The notes beneath the pieces are model-generated. The model made no database searches. It was given only the letters and a program-made list of their open reading frames with translations, and was not told the DNA's origin. Of a stretch of 40,000 nt of DNA, positions 11,163-20,869 are shown in pieces (positions within the stretch are counted from its first letter, which is position 1; every line of letters starts with the position of its first letter). Source of the DNA: Cronobacter muytjensii ATCC 51329. GTDB taxonomy: Bacteria > Pseudomonadota > Gammaproteobacteria > Enterobacterales > Enterobacteriaceae. The translations under genes and the position numbers were made by a program. Where the stretch lies: positions 1,173,859-1,213,858 of the forward strand of contig NZ_CP012268.1 in the NCBI RefSeq assembly GCF_001277195.1, in the 5' to 3' direction.

Positions 11163-12443
11163 ATGAAGTTACTCATTCTTGGCAACCACACCTGCGGAAA
11201 CCGTGGCGACAGCGCCATCCTGCGCGGATTGATTGATGCGATAGCGCTTCAGGACCCGACGGCAGACGTCGACGTCATGAGCCGCTACCCGGTGAGCTCC
11301 GCCTGGCTGCTGGACAGAGAGGTCATGCCTGACCCGCTCTACAAACAGATGAAGCAATTTAATAACGCGGCAGGCGTGATGGGCCGCGTGAAGAAAGTGC
11401 TGCGTCGTCGCTATCAGCACCAGGTGCTGCTGGCCAAAGTGACCGGCAACGGCAAGCTGCGCAATATTTCTCTGCCGCAGGGGTTTACTGATTTCGTCGG
11501 CCTGCTTGGCGGCTACGACGCGATTATTCAGGTCGGCGGCTCGTTCTTCGTCGATCTTTACGGCACTCCGCAGTTCGAACATGCGCTGTGCGCCTTTATG
11601 GCGAAAAAGCCGCTGTTTATGGTTGGTCATAGTGTCGGCCCGTTCCAGGAGCCGCAGTTTAATCAGCTCGCAAACTATGTGTTTGGCCACTGCGACGCCC
11701 TGATCCTGCGCGAAACCGTGAGCCTGGATCTGATGAAAAAAGGCCAGATCGATACCTCAAAAGTGGAGCTCGGCGTCGATACCGCCTGGCTTGTCGAGCA
11801 CCATAACGACGATTTCGTCCCGAGCTACGCCGTACAGCACTGGCTGGACGTGGCGGCGCGCGACAAAACCGTGGCGATTACGCTGCGTGAACTCGCGCCA
11901 TTCGACAAACGTCTCGGCACCACCCAGCAGGCTTACGAGCAGGCGTTCGCGAATGTGGTCAACCGCATCATCGACGAAGGCTACCAGGTGCTGGCGCTCT
12001 CTACCTGTACCGGCATCGACAGCTATAACAAAGATGACCGCATGGTGGCGCTGAATCTCAGCAAGCTGGTGAAAGATCCGTCGCGCTTCCACGTGGTGAT
12101 GGATGAACTGAACGACCTCGAAATGGGCAAAATTCTGGGCGCCTGCGAGCTGACCGTGGGCACCCGTCTGCATTCGGCGATTATCTCAATGAACTTCGGC
12201 ACACCTGCCATCGCCATTAACTACGAGCACAAGTCCGCGGGCATCATGCAGCAGCTCGGCATGCCGGAGATGGCGATTGAGATCCGCCATTTGCTGGATG
12301 GCTCGCTGCAGGCGATGGTGGGCGACACTTTAGGCCAGCTGCCAGCGATTAACGAGCGCCTTGCGGCGGCCGTCGCCGCCGAGCGTGAGAAGGGCCAGCA
12401 GATGGTGAAATCGGTATTGATGCGTGCGGGAGGGGCCCGATGA
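11163..12443 (+). CDS. wcaK: Colanic acid pyruvyl transferase WcaK
   Basis: The start is placed at ATG 11163 (MKLLILGNHTCGNRGDSAIL), preceded by AGAGGG. This gives 426 aa, matching my recollection of E. coli WcaK. The ORF-track start at 11124 is an upstream in-frame extension. The protein has the polysaccharide pyruvyl transferase N-terminal motif. Confidence 0.88.
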   Translation: MKLLILGNHTCGNRGDSAILRGLIDAIALQDPTADVDVMSRYPVSSAWLLDREVMPDPLYKQMKQFNNAAGVMGRVKKVLRRRYQHQVLLAKVTGNGKLRNISLPQGFTDFVGLLGGYDAIIQVGGSFFVDLYGTPQFEHALCAFMAKKPLFMVGHSVGPFQEPQFNQLANYVFGHCDALILRETVSLDLMKKGQIDTSKVELGVDTAWLVEHHNDDFVPSYAVQHWLDVAARDKTVAITLRELAPFDKRLGTTQQAYEQAFANVVNRIIDEGYQVLALSTCTGIDSYNKDDRMVALNLSKLVKDPSRFHVVMDELNDLEMGKILGACELTVGTRLHSAIISMNFGTPAIAINYEHKSAGIMQQLGMPEMAIEIRHLLDGSLQAMVGDTLGQLPAINERLAAAVAAEREKGQQMVKSVLMRAGGAR

Positions 12444-13660
12444 AAGTCAGCTTTTTTCTGCTGAAATTCCCGGTCGCCTCTGAAACGTTCGTCCTGAACC
12501 AGATAGTCGGCTTTATCAACATGGGGTATGAGGTGGAGATCGTCTCGCTGCAAAAGGGCGATCTTAAGAACACCCATGCGGCCTATACCGAGTACAACCT
12601 GGCGCAGAAAACCCGTTTTCTGCTGGAAGAGCCGGAAGGCAAAGCCGCGAAGCTCAAATATCGCGCCACGCACACTGCGCGCGGGCTGTTTAACGCCCGC
12701 ACCTGGCGGGCGCTGAATATGGGCCGCTACGGCGACGAGGCGCGTAACCTGATCCTCTCTGCCATTTGCGGGCGCGTGCCGGGCACGCTGAAAGCCGATG
12801 TTTTTATCGCGCACTTCGGCCCGGCGGGTGTTACCGCCGCGAAACTGCGCGAACTCGGCGTGCTGGACGGCAAAATCGCCACCGTATTCCACGGTATCGA
12901 TGTCTCGCACCGTGAAGTGCTGACACGCTATACACCGGAGTATCAGCAGCTGTTTCGCCGTGGTGATTTAATGCTGCCGATTAGCGAACTGTGGGCCGAG
13001 CGCCTTAAAGCGATGGGCTGCCCGCAGGAGAAAATCGCTGTCTCGCGCATGGGCGTGGACATGGAGAAATTCTCGCTGCGCCCGCTCAAGCAGCCGGGTA
13101 CGCCGCTTGAGATTATCTCGGTGGCGCGTCTGACTGAGAAAAAAGGGCTGCATGTGGCGATCGAAGCCTGCCGCCTGCTGAAAGGCCGCGGCGTGGACTT
13201 TCGTTACAACATCCTGGGCACCGGGCCGTGGGAGCGCCGCCTGCATACGCTGATTGAGCAGTATGGTCTGGAAGATTGCGTCTTTATGCCTGGTTTTAAA
13301 CCCAGCCATGAAGTAAAAGCAATGCTCGACGAGGCCGATCTGTTCCTTCTGCCTTCCGTAACCGGCGTGGATGGCGATATGGAAGGCATTCCTGTGGCGC
13401 TGATGGAGGCGATGGCGGTGGGAATTCCGGTCGTCTCCACGCTGCACAGCGGCATACCGGAGCTTATCGACGCCGAAAAATCGGGCTGGCTGGTGCCGGA
13501 GAATGACCCCCAGGCGCTGGCGGAAAAACTGCAGGCCTTCGCCGCGATCGACGAGCAGACACTGCGTCCGATGCTGAGCCGCGCCCGTGAAAAAGTGGAA
13601 ACCGAGTTTAACCAGCAGCGCATCTACCGCGAACTCGCGGGCCTGCTGCAAACCCTGTAA
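12440..13660 (+). CDS. wcaL: Colanic acid glycosyltransferase WcaL (GT4)
   Basis: 406 aa. Its start overlaps the wcaK stop (ATGA). The GT4 C-terminal E-x7-E region is [18 protein letters not shown]. Confidence 0.9.
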   Translation: MKVSFFLLKFPVASETFVLNQIVGFINMGYEVEIVSLQKGDLKNTHAAYTEYNLAQKTRFLLEEPEGKAAKLKYRATHTARGLFNARTWRALNMGRYGDEARNLILSAICGRVPGTLKADVFIAHFGPAGVTAAKLRELGVLDGKIATVFHGIDVSHREVLTRYTPEYQQLFRRGDLMLPISELWAERLKAMGCPQEKIAVSRMGVDMEKFSLRPLKQPGTPLEIISVARLTEKKGLHVAIEACRLLKGRGVDFRYNILGTGPWERRLHTLIEQYGLEDCVFMPGFKPSHEVKAMLDEADLFLLPSVTGVDGDMEGIPVALMEAMAVGIPVVSTLHSGIPELIDAEKSGWLVPENDPQALAEKLQAFAAIDEQTLRPMLSRAREKVETEFNQQRIYRELAGLLQTL

Positions 13661-13671
13661 CCCGAGGTTTT

Positions 13672-15090
13672 ATGCGTAAATTGATGTCGTCCGGGCACCT
13701 TACCCGCCGGACTTTCGTGCAGGCCGGCGCCGCGACGGCGCTACTGCCGCTGTTGCACAGCCGCGCCGCCCGTGCCGTGACGAGCGGCAAAACGGTGAAT
13801 GTCGCCGATTACTACCGCGATAACTGGCCGCAGGCGTTTAAGCTCGCGTTCAACGAGGCGCAGACCGTCGAAGTGCCCGCAAACCTTACCTGCGACAACA
13901 TCAACAGCCCTGTCTTTATGCCCGCCGGTAAAACTCTGCGAGTCCTGGGCGCGCTCAAAGGCAATGGAAAAGGGCGGTTTATTCTTCAGGACGGCTGTCA
14001 GATCCTCGGCGAGAAAAAAGGGCGGCTGCATAATATTATTCTCGACGTGCGCGGCTCGCAGGTAGCGATTAAAGGCGTCGAGATGACCGGCTTCGGCCCG
14101 GTGATGCAGATTTACATCGGCGGCAAAAAACCGCAGAAAATGCAGGGGCTGGTGATTGATGATATTTACATTCACGACGCCAACTACGGCATTTTGCGCC
14201 AGGGCTTTCATAACGAACTGCGCGACGTACGCATCACCAACGGGCGCTTTGAGCGTTTGCAGGGCGACGCCATAGAATGGAACGTGGCTATCAATGATTC
14301 GGAGCTGCTTATCTCCGATCATGTGCTTGATAACATCAACTGCACCAACGGCAAGATCAACTGGGGCATCGGCATTGGCCTTGCGGGCAGCACCTACGAT
14401 AACGACTACCCGGAAAGTCAGGCGGTGAAGAATTTCGTCGTGGCGAATATCACCGGCAGCAACTGCCGCCAGCTGGTGCATGTGGAGAACGGCAAACATT
14501 TTGTCATCCGCAACGTGAAGGCGAAAAATATCACGCCGGACTTCAGTAAAACCGCGGGCATTGATAACGCCACGGTGGCGATTTATGGCTGCGATAACTT
14601 CTTGATTGATAACGTTCAGATGGTAAACAGCGCGGGCATGCTGATTGGCTACGGCGTTATCAAGGGCAACTACCTGTCGATTCCGCAGAACTTTAAGCTT
14701 AACGACATCCATATGGATAACCGCAACCTGCCGTATAAGCTGCGCGGTATCCAGATCTCTTCTGGCAACGCCACGTCTTTTGTCGCCATTACCAACGTCG
14801 ATATGAAGCGCGCCACACTTGAGCTGCATAACAAGCCGCAGCATCTCTTTGTGCGCAATGTGAAGGTGATGCAGGAGTCGTCCGTTGGCCCCGCGCTGAA
14901 GATGCACTTTGACCTGCGTAAAGACGTGCGCGGCCGCTTTATGGCCAAAGACGACACGCTGCTCTCGCTGGCGAATATTCAGGCGGTCAACGAAAAAGGG
15001 CAGAGTTCCGTCGATATTGACCGCGTGGATCATCAGCACGTGAATGCGGAAAAGCTGAATTTTGCGCTGCCGGCACGCATCACAAAATGA
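13672..15090 (+). CDS. wcaM: Colanic acid cluster protein WcaM, a Tat-signal protein of unknown function
   Basis: 472 aa. It is the last gene of the cluster before galF, as in E. coli. The N-terminus carries a twin-arginine motif followed by a hydrophobic stretch and AxA ([26 protein letters not shown]). Confidence 0.85.
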   Translation: MRKLMSSGHLTRRTFVQAGAATALLPLLHSRAARAVTSGKTVNVADYYRDNWPQAFKLAFNEAQTVEVPANLTCDNINSPVFMPAGKTLRVLGALKGNGKGRFILQDGCQILGEKKGRLHNIILDVRGSQVAIKGVEMTGFGPVMQIYIGGKKPQKMQGLVIDDIYIHDANYGILRQGFHNELRDVRITNGRFERLQGDAIEWNVAINDSELLISDHVLDNINCTNGKINWGIGIGLAGSTYDNDYPESQAVKNFVVANITGSNCRQLVHVENGKHFVIRNVKAKNITPDFSKTAGIDNATVAIYGCDNFLIDNVQMVNSAGMLIGYGVIKGNYLSIPQNFKLNDIHMDNRNLPYKLRGIQISSGNATSFVAITNVDMKRATLELHNKPQHLFVRNVKVMQESSVGPALKMHFDLRKDVRGRFMAKDDTLLSLANIQAVNEKGQSSVDIDRVDHQHVNAEKLNFALPARITK

Positions 15091-15204
15091 ATGCTCAGAC
15101 TTTACGAATTATCCTGGCGATTAACGGTATGAATTCATAGAAGGTATAACCACTTTCCCTGAGAGTCGCGGGGCAATGGCGCTTACGCTATTGATAAATT
15201 CATA

Positions 15205-15233
15205 CTGGCTTATGTCCGGTAAACGACTATAAT
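15205..15233 (+). promoter_or_regulatory. Candidate sigma70 promoter for galF (-10 TATAAT at 15228-15233; weak -35 CTGGCT at 15205-15210)
   Basis: A perfect TATAAT hexamer lies 29 nt upstream of the galF ATG in an AT-rich spacer. The -35 matches only 3 of 6 positions at 17-bp spacing. Pattern match only. Confidence 0.3.
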
Positions 15234-15261
15234 TCATCAACCTTTTGAGGTGGGAGAGAAA

Positions 15262-16152
15262 ATGAATAATTTAAAAGCAGTCATCCCGGTAGCCGGGCTC
15301 GGCATGCATATGCTGCCAGCCACTAAGGCTATTCCGAAGGAAATGCTACCTATCGTCGATAAGCCAATGATTCAGTACATTGTCGACGAAATCGTGGCGG
15401 CGGGAATCAAGGAAATTGTGCTGGTTACCCACTCCTCCAAGAACGCGGTTGAGAACCACTTCGACACCTCTTACGAACTCGAAGCGCTGCTTGAACAGCG
15501 TGTGAAGCGCCAGCTTCTGGCGGAAGTGCAGTCTATCTGCCCGCCGGGCGTGACCATCATGAACGTGCGTCAGGCGCAGCCGCTGGGCCTCGGCCACTCC
15601 ATTCTTTGCGCGCGCCCGATTATTGGCGACAATCCATTTGTCGTCGTGCTGCCGGATGTTATTATTGACGCCGCTTCAGCTGACCCGCTGCGTTATAACC
15701 TGGCCGCTATGATTGCGCGCTTCCAGGAAAACGGCCGCAGCCAGGTGCTGGCGAAGCGCATGGCGGGCGATCTCTCTGAGTATTCTGTTATCACGACCCA
15801 GGATGCGCTGGATACCGAAGGTAAAATCAGCCGTATCGTCGACTTTATTGAGAAGCCGGATCAGCCGCAGACGCTGAATTCTGACCTGATGGCCGTTGGC
15901 CGCTATGTGCTTTCCGCCGATGTGTGGGATGAGCTTGCGAAAACCGAGCCGGGCGCCTGGGGCCGTATTCAGCTGACCGATGCTATCGCTCGTCTGAACG
16001 AGAAGCAGCCTGTTGAGGCGATGCTGATGACCGGTGAGAGCTACGATTGCGGTAAAAAAATGGGTTACATGAAGGCGTTCGTGAACTACGGCCTGCGTAA
16101 CCTGAAAGAAGGGCAGAAGTTCCGCGAGAGCATTAAGAAAATCCTGGCGTAA
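15262..16152 (+). CDS. galF: UTP-glucose-1-phosphate uridylyltransferase-like protein GalF
   Basis: The start is placed at ATG 15262 ([39 protein letters not shown]), preceded by GAGGTGGGAGAG. This gives 296 aa, highly similar to E. coli GalF as recalled. The ORF-track start at 15250 is a GTG extension. Confidence 0.93.
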   Translation: MNNLKAVIPVAGLGMHMLPATKAIPKEMLPIVDKPMIQYIVDEIVAAGIKEIVLVTHSSKNAVENHFDTSYELEALLEQRVKRQLLAEVQSICPPGVTIMNVRQAQPLGLGHSILCARPIIGDNPFVVVLPDVIIDAASADPLRYNLAAMIARFQENGRSQVLAKRMAGDLSEYSVITTQDALDTEGKISRIVDFIEKPDQPQTLNSDLMAVGRYVLSADVWDELAKTEPGAWGRIQLTDAIARLNEKQPVEAMLMTGESYDCGKKMGYMKAFVNYGLRNLKEGQKFRESIKKILA

Positions 16153-16199
16153 GCCAGTCGCTATGCGCGGTACGCTATACAGGCAGGATAGCCTTTGAT

Positions 16200-16269
16200 A
16201 AAACGGCAGTTGAGCATTCGGGTTGATAAGCATTTATACTCGACGGACTCACTGCCGTTTTGTTTTTTT
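16200..16269 (+). terminator. Putative intrinsic terminator after galF (long-loop hairpin plus T-run)
   Basis: AAAACGGCAGT (16200-16210) pairs perfectly with ACTGCCGTTTT (16251-16261). Three more pairs extend the stem after a 1-nt bulge. The hairpin is followed by GTTTTTTTG, and the loop is about 33 nt. Confidence 0.5.
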
Positions 16270-16368
16270 GATGTAAAAAATCGCTCTGACAGGCATTAAC
16301 AGAGGACGTTTGTGGCGGCTCTGCTGTTAAAGAGTGCCTTGTGCCTGGCGAAAGGATAGCTTTACCCC

Positions 16369-16407
16369 CAGTACACTGGTAGCTGTTGAGCCAGGGGCGG
16401 TAGCATT
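16369..16407 (+). promoter_or_regulatory. JUMPStart element with ops core (RfaH recruitment site) upstream of the O-antigen operon
   Basis: CAGTACACTGGTAGCTGTTGAGCCAGGGGCGGTAGCATT closely matches the 39-bp JUMPStart consensus as I recall it (CAGTGCTCTGGTAGCTGTTAAGCCAGGGGCGGTAGCGTG). The ops core GGCGGTAG is at 16396-16403. Confidence 0.8.
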
Positions 16408-16541
16408 GTTTCGCCACGCTGAGCGGCGCCAGGCAGTGACCCTTCAAATCGTAATGTTAAGGCAGTTTTATTAATGCTTAAAACGCTGAGCGTTAATACA
16501 AGTCCCTTTTCAAAATATCCACATATAAGAGATAACTCACT

Positions 16542-17624
16542 GTGAAGATATTAGTCACCGGCGGTGCCGGATTTATTGGCTCTGCTGTAGTACGACATAT
16601 TATTGATAATACCCAGGATTGGGTCGTCAATGTTGATAAGCTTACCTACGCAGGCAATCCGGAATCTGTTTCTTCTGTTGCAAATAACGAACGCTATACC
16701 TTTGAACAGGCCGATATTTGTGATCGCGCTGCGCTCGATCGCATATTTAAAGAACATCAGCCCGATGCGGTGATGCACCTGGCAGCAGAAAGCCACGTCG
16801 ACCGCTCTATCAGCGGCCCGGCTGACTTTATCGAAACGAATATTGTTGGTACGTATACGTTGCTTGAAGCGGCGCGTGCGTATTGGTCATCATTAAATGA
16901 TGACCGCAAAGCCGCTTTTCGCTTTCACCATATCTCTACTGATGAGGTCTATGGCGACCTCCCACACCCTGATGAATGGCAAGCCGGCGAACCGCTCCCT
17001 CTCTTCACAGAAGACACCCCTTACGCGCCGAGCAGTCCTTATTCTGCATCAAAAGCCTCAAGCGACCATCTGGTGCGCGCCTGGTTGCGCACTTATGGTT
17101 TGCCTACCATTGTGACCAATTGCTCAAATAACTATGGGCCATATCATTTTCCTGAAAAGCTGATCCCGCTTGTGATCCTCAATGCACTGGAGGGTAAGCC
17201 ACTGCCGGTATACGGCAAAGGCGATCAAATTCGCGACTGGTTATATGTTGAAGATCATGCACGTGCGCTCTATACCGTCGTGACTCAAGGGCAGGTTGGC
17301 CAGACTTATAATATCGGCGGACATAACGAGAAAAAGAACCTTGATGTCGTATTAACCATTTGTGATCTGCTGGATGAGATTAAGCCTAAAGCAACGCCTT
17401 ACCGCGAACAAATCACTTACGTTGCCGACAGACCGGGTCACGACCGTCGTTACGCCATTGACGCAGATAAAATCAGCCGCGAACTAGGCTGGCAGCCGCA
17501 GGAAACCTTTGAATCCGGTATCCGTAAAACGGTGCAATGGTATCTGGATAATTCTCAGTGGGTCGAGAATGTGAAGAGCGGCGCTTATAAGAGCTGGATC
17601 GAACAGAATTACGGGACTCGCTGA
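16542..17624 (+). CDS. rmlB: dTDP-glucose 4,6-dehydratase
   Basis: 360 aa with a GTG start. It carries the Rossmann motif TGGAGFIGS and the catalytic YSASK. It is collinear with E. coli RfbB ([22 protein letters not shown]). Confidence 0.95.
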   Translation: MKILVTGGAGFIGSAVVRHIIDNTQDWVVNVDKLTYAGNPESVSSVANNERYTFEQADICDRAALDRIFKEHQPDAVMHLAAESHVDRSISGPADFIETNIVGTYTLLEAARAYWSSLNDDRKAAFRFHHISTDEVYGDLPHPDEWQAGEPLPLFTEDTPYAPSSPYSASKASSDHLVRAWLRTYGLPTIVTNCSNNYGPYHFPEKLIPLVILNALEGKPLPVYGKGDQIRDWLYVEDHARALYTVVTQGQVGQTYNIGGHNEKKNLDVVLTICDLLDEIKPKATPYREQITYVADRPGHDRRYAIDADKISRELGWQPQETFESGIRKTVQWYLDNSQWVENVKSGAYKSWIEQNYGTR

Positions 17625-17626
17625 TA

Positions 17627-18523
17627 ATGAATATTCTCCTGTTTGGTAAAAACGGCCAGGTTGGCTGGGAATTACAGCGAGCCCTGGCTCCGCTGGGAAA
17701 TCTTATTGCGCTGGATTTTAATTCTGAAGATTATTGCGGCGATTTTAGTAATCCTGAAGGAGTCGCGGAGACGGTAAGGCGTATCAGGCCGGATGTGATT
17801 GTCAATGCTGCTGCGCATACCGCCGTCGATAAAGCAGAATCGGAGCGTGATTTTGCACAGCTGTTAAATGCAACGAGTGTTGAAGCTATTGCAAAAGAAG
17901 CGGAGAAAATTAACGCCTGGCTTATTCATTACTCAACAGATTATGTTTTCCCCGGGACAGGTGAAACCCCCTGGTGTGAAAATGATGCTACAGCGCCGCT
18001 GAATGTCTATGGTGAAACAAAACTGGCGGGCGAACAGGCTGTACAAAATTTTTGTCAGAATCACCTTATTTTCAGAACCAGCTGGGTCTACGCCGGTAAA
18101 GGAAATAACTTCGCCAAAACCATGCTACGGCTTGCTAAAGAACGGGAATCACTCTCCGTTATTAACGATCAGTTCGGCGCACCAACCGGCGCTGAATTAC
18201 TCGCTGACTGCACGGCGCATGCCATTCGCGTGGCACTCGCGAAACCTGACGTTGCGGGTTTATACCACCTCGTCGCCTCAGGTGTTACGACCTGGTATGA
18301 TTTTGCGGCGCTGGTATTTGATGAAGCTCGTAAGGCAGGGATAACGCTGAAGCTTACTGATTTGCATCCTGTAGCAACAAGCGCCTATCCAACGCCTGCT
18401 CGCAGGCCACAGAATTCACGTTTAAACACCACAAAATTCCAGCAACAATTTGGGCTGGTGCTTCCGCAATGGGATGTCGGTGTTAAACGGATGCTGGAAG
18501 AGTGGTTTACCAGCGTAAATTAA
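17627..18523 (+). CDS. rmlD: dTDP-4-dehydrorhamnose reductase
   Basis: 298 aa beginning MNILLFGKNGQVGWELQRAL, with YGETKLAGE (YxxxK). It starts 3 nt after the rmlB stop. Confidence 0.93.
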   Translation: MNILLFGKNGQVGWELQRALAPLGNLIALDFNSEDYCGDFSNPEGVAETVRRIRPDVIVNAAAHTAVDKAESERDFAQLLNATSVEAIAKEAEKINAWLIHYSTDYVFPGTGETPWCENDATAPLNVYGETKLAGEQAVQNFCQNHLIFRTSWVYAGKGNNFAKTMLRLAKERESLSVINDQFGAPTGAELLADCTAHAIRVALAKPDVAGLYHLVASGVTTWYDFAALVFDEARKAGITLKLTDLHPVATSAYPTPARRPQNSRLNTTKFQQQFGLVLPQWDVGVKRMLEEWFTSVN

Positions 18524-18529
18524 TGACAG

Positions 18530-18556
18530 AAATGCCCGTCGCCGGGCATTTTCATT
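18530..18556 (+). other. Intercistronic hairpin between rmlD and rmlA (weak terminator-like or mRNA-stabilising)
   Basis: AAATGCCCG (18530-18538) pairs with CGGGCATTT (18543-18551) around the loop TCGC. The hairpin is followed by TCATT, an interrupted T-tract. Confidence 0.35.
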
Positions 18557-18571
18557 GAGAGAATAAAGAGA

Positions 18572-19450
18572 ATGACAACGCGTAAAGGAATTATACTGGC
18601 TGGGGGCTCCGGGACTCGTCTCTATCCGGTCACCATGGCGGTGAGCAAGCAATTATTACCAATCTATGATAAGCCGATGATCTATTATCCGCTTTCTACG
18701 CTCATGCTTGCCGGGATACGGGATATCCTCATTATCAGTACGCCACAAGATACGCCGCGCTTTGAGCAACTCCTTGGTGATGGCAGCCAGTGGGGGCTGA
18801 ATCTCCAGTATAAAGTACAGCCGAGCCCGGATGGCCTGGCGCAGGCTTTTATTATTGGCGAAGAGTTTATTGGTAATGATAAATGCGCGCTTGTTCTGGG
18901 CGATAACATTTTCTATGGTCATGATTTACCAAAACAACTGGAATCAGCGGTTAGTAAAGATAACGGCGCGACTGTCTTTGCTTACCATGTCAATGATCCT
19001 GAGCGCTACGGCGTTGTTGAGTTTGATAAAACTGGCAAAGCCATTAGCCTGGAAGAAAAGCCTGCAGAACCAAAAAGCAATTATGCTGTTACTGGACTTT
19101 ATTTCTATGACAATGACGTTGTTGAAATGGCTAAAAGCTTGAAACCATCAGCACGTGGCGAGTTGGAAATTACCGATATTAACCGGCTTTACCTTGAACA
19201 GGGCCGCCTTAATGTCGCGATGATGGGACGTGGTTATGCCTGGCTTGATACCGGCACACACCAAAGTTTAATCGAAGCCAGTAATTTCATTGCCACCATT
19301 GAAGAACGTCAAGGCCTCAAGGTTTCATGTCCGGAAGAAATTGCCTTCCGTAAGAGCTTTATTGATGCTGAGCAGGTAAAAAGGCTGGCGCAGCCGCTTG
19401 CAAAAAATGCCTATGGTCAATATTTGCTCAAGATGATTAAAGGTTATTAA
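18572..19450 (+). CDS. rmlA: Glucose-1-phosphate thymidylyltransferase
   Basis: 292 aa with [16 protein letters not shown] and the rest of the RmlA signature. Confidence 0.95.
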   Translation: MTTRKGIILAGGSGTRLYPVTMAVSKQLLPIYDKPMIYYPLSTLMLAGIRDILIISTPQDTPRFEQLLGDGSQWGLNLQYKVQPSPDGLAQAFIIGEEFIGNDKCALVLGDNIFYGHDLPKQLESAVSKDNGATVFAYHVNDPERYGVVEFDKTGKAISLEEKPAEPKSNYAVTGLYFYDNDVVEMAKSLKPSARGELEITDINRLYLEQGRLNVAMMGRGYAWLDTGTHQSLIEASNFIATIEERQGLKVSCPEEIAFRKSFIDAEQVKRLAQPLAKNAYGQYLLKMIKGY

Positions 19451-19453
19451 GTA

Positions 19454-20002
19454 ATGAATGTTATCCAGACAGAAATACCGGATGTTTTGATTTTAGAACC
19501 AAAAGTATTTGGTGACGCCCGTGGCTTTTTCTTTGAAAGCTTCAATCAGCGTACTTTTGAAGAAGCGGTAGGTCGTAAAATTGAATTTGTACAGGATAAT
19601 CATTCTAAATCAGCTAAAGGTGTCTTGCGGGGACTACATTATCAACTTGCGCCATATGCTCAGGCTAAACTGGTACGTTGCCTACATGGTGCAATTTATG
19701 ATGTGGCGATAGATATTCGCCGTAATTCACCAACCTTTGGTAAGTGGGTTGGTGCCGAGTTATCAGCGGAAAATAAACGCCAGATATGGATTCCGGAAGG
19801 ATTCGCGCATGGCTTTATTGCGCTAGAAAATGGCACAGAAATCCTTTATAAAACGAACAACTTTTATTCAAAAGAAAGTGAACGTGCGATTCGCTGGGAT
19901 GATGAACAGATTGCCATTGAATGGCCAGCTAAAGCAGATATCATTTCTGAAAAAGATGCCGTGGCGCCTTCATTTGCAAATGCAGACTTATTTGAGGGAT
20001 AA
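19454..20002 (+). CDS. rmlC: dTDP-4-dehydrorhamnose 3,5-epimerase
   Basis: 182-aa cupin with FGDARGFFFESFN, RGLHYQ and the rest of the RmlC pattern. Confidence 0.93.
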   Translation: MNVIQTEIPDVLILEPKVFGDARGFFFESFNQRTFEEAVGRKIEFVQDNHSKSAKGVLRGLHYQLAPYAQAKLVRCLHGAIYDVAIDIRRNSPTFGKWVGAELSAENKRQIWIPEGFAHGFIALENGTEILYKTNNFYSKESERAIRWDDEQIAIEWPAKADIISEKDAVAPSFANADLFEG

Positions 20003-20004
20003 CA

Positions 20005-20424
20005 ATGGATATAAAAATTATTCCGTTGCAGGCGCACGGCGACGAGCGTGGCTCTCTAATAGCGCTTGAAGAAAAACATAACATTCCATTTGAAATTAAG
20101 CGTGTGTATTACATGTTTAATACTAAAGAAGGAGTGCGTCGTGGTTTTCATGCACATAAAAAATTAAAACAGGTCGCTATCGCAGTAAGGGGTTCTTGCC
20201 GTTTTGTATTAGATGACGGTTCTGAACGTGTAGAATTGTTGCTGGATAATCCAGCACAAGGATTACTTATTGACTCGTGTGTTTGGCGAGAAATGTATGA
20301 TTTCTCGGACGATTGTGTACTGATGGTACTGGCAGACAGTCTGTATGATGAGGCTGATTATATCCGTGACTATGATGTATTTTTAGAGAATACTACTAAT
20401 GCCAAAAATTCATCCACTAAGTGA
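20005..20424 (+). CDS. fdtA: dTDP-4-keto-6-deoxy-D-glucose 3,4-ketoisomerase (FdtA/QdtA, WxcM-like cupin)
   Basis: 139-aa cupin with [12 protein letters not shown] and [12 protein letters not shown]. It lies immediately upstream of the matching N-acetyltransferase and aminotransferase. Inspection cannot separate Fuc3N (FdtA) from Qui3N (QdtA) stereochemistry. Confidence 0.8.
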   Translation: MDIKIIPLQAHGDERGSLIALEEKHNIPFEIKRVYYMFNTKEGVRRGFHAHKKLKQVAIAVRGSCRFVLDDGSERVELLLDNPAQGLLIDSCVWREMYDFSDDCVLMVLADSLYDEADYIRDYDVFLENTTNAKNSSTK

Positions 20425-20869
20425 CGTTCAGTCTGTACAGATTGGTGAAGATACAAAAGTCTGGCAATTTTCTGTTATATTGAAAGGAGCTAAAATTGGA
20501 CGGGATTGTAATATTTGCGCGCACACGTTGATTGAAAATAATGTGATTATTGGAGATCGTGTTACGGTAAAATGTGGTGTTTACATTTGGGATAACATTT
20601 TTATTGAAAATGATGTATTTATCGGCCCAAATGTCACCTTCACTAACGATAAACATCCGCGCTCAAAAGTGCATGATAAAGAATTTCTTTCTACCTATAT
20701 CAAAGAGGGAGCATCGATAGGCGCTAATGCAACTATTCTTCCTGGATTAATTATAGGTAAAAAAAGTATGGTTGGTGCTGGTGCGGTAGTTACAAAAAAT
20801 GTTCCTGATTACGCGATTGTCTACGGTAACCCGGCCAAATTGATGGGGATGGTAAATAAAAATGATTAA
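20399..20869 (+). CDS. fdtC: dTDP-3-amino-3,6-dideoxyhexose N-acetyltransferase (left-handed beta-helix, FdtC/QdtC-like)
   Basis: 156 aa beginning [27 protein letters not shown], followed by hexapeptide repeats. It overlaps the fdtA 3' end by 26 nt in another frame. Confidence 0.8.
   Translation: MPKIHPLSDVQSVQIGEDTKVWQFSVILKGAKIGRDCNICAHTLIENNVIIGDRVTVKCGVYIWDNIFIENDVFIGPNVTFTNDKHPRSKVHDKEFLSTYIKEGASIGANATILPGLIIGKKSMVGAGAVVTKNVPDYAIVYGNPAKLMGMVNKND

Noticed and set aside
16175-16447. 90-aa minus-strand ORF spanning the galF terminator and the JUMPStart element.
   Set aside because: It lies in a non-coding regulatory spacer whose conserved features (terminator hairpin, JUMPStart/ops) explain the sequence. 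It has no Shine-Dalgarno sequence and no recognisable protein features.
16482-16494. AACGCT-G-AGCGTT palindrome considered as an RNA hairpin or terminator.
   Set aside because: A 1-nt spacer cannot form a hairpin loop, and the arms do not extend cleanly. It is retained only as a possible protein-binding site within the spacer finding.
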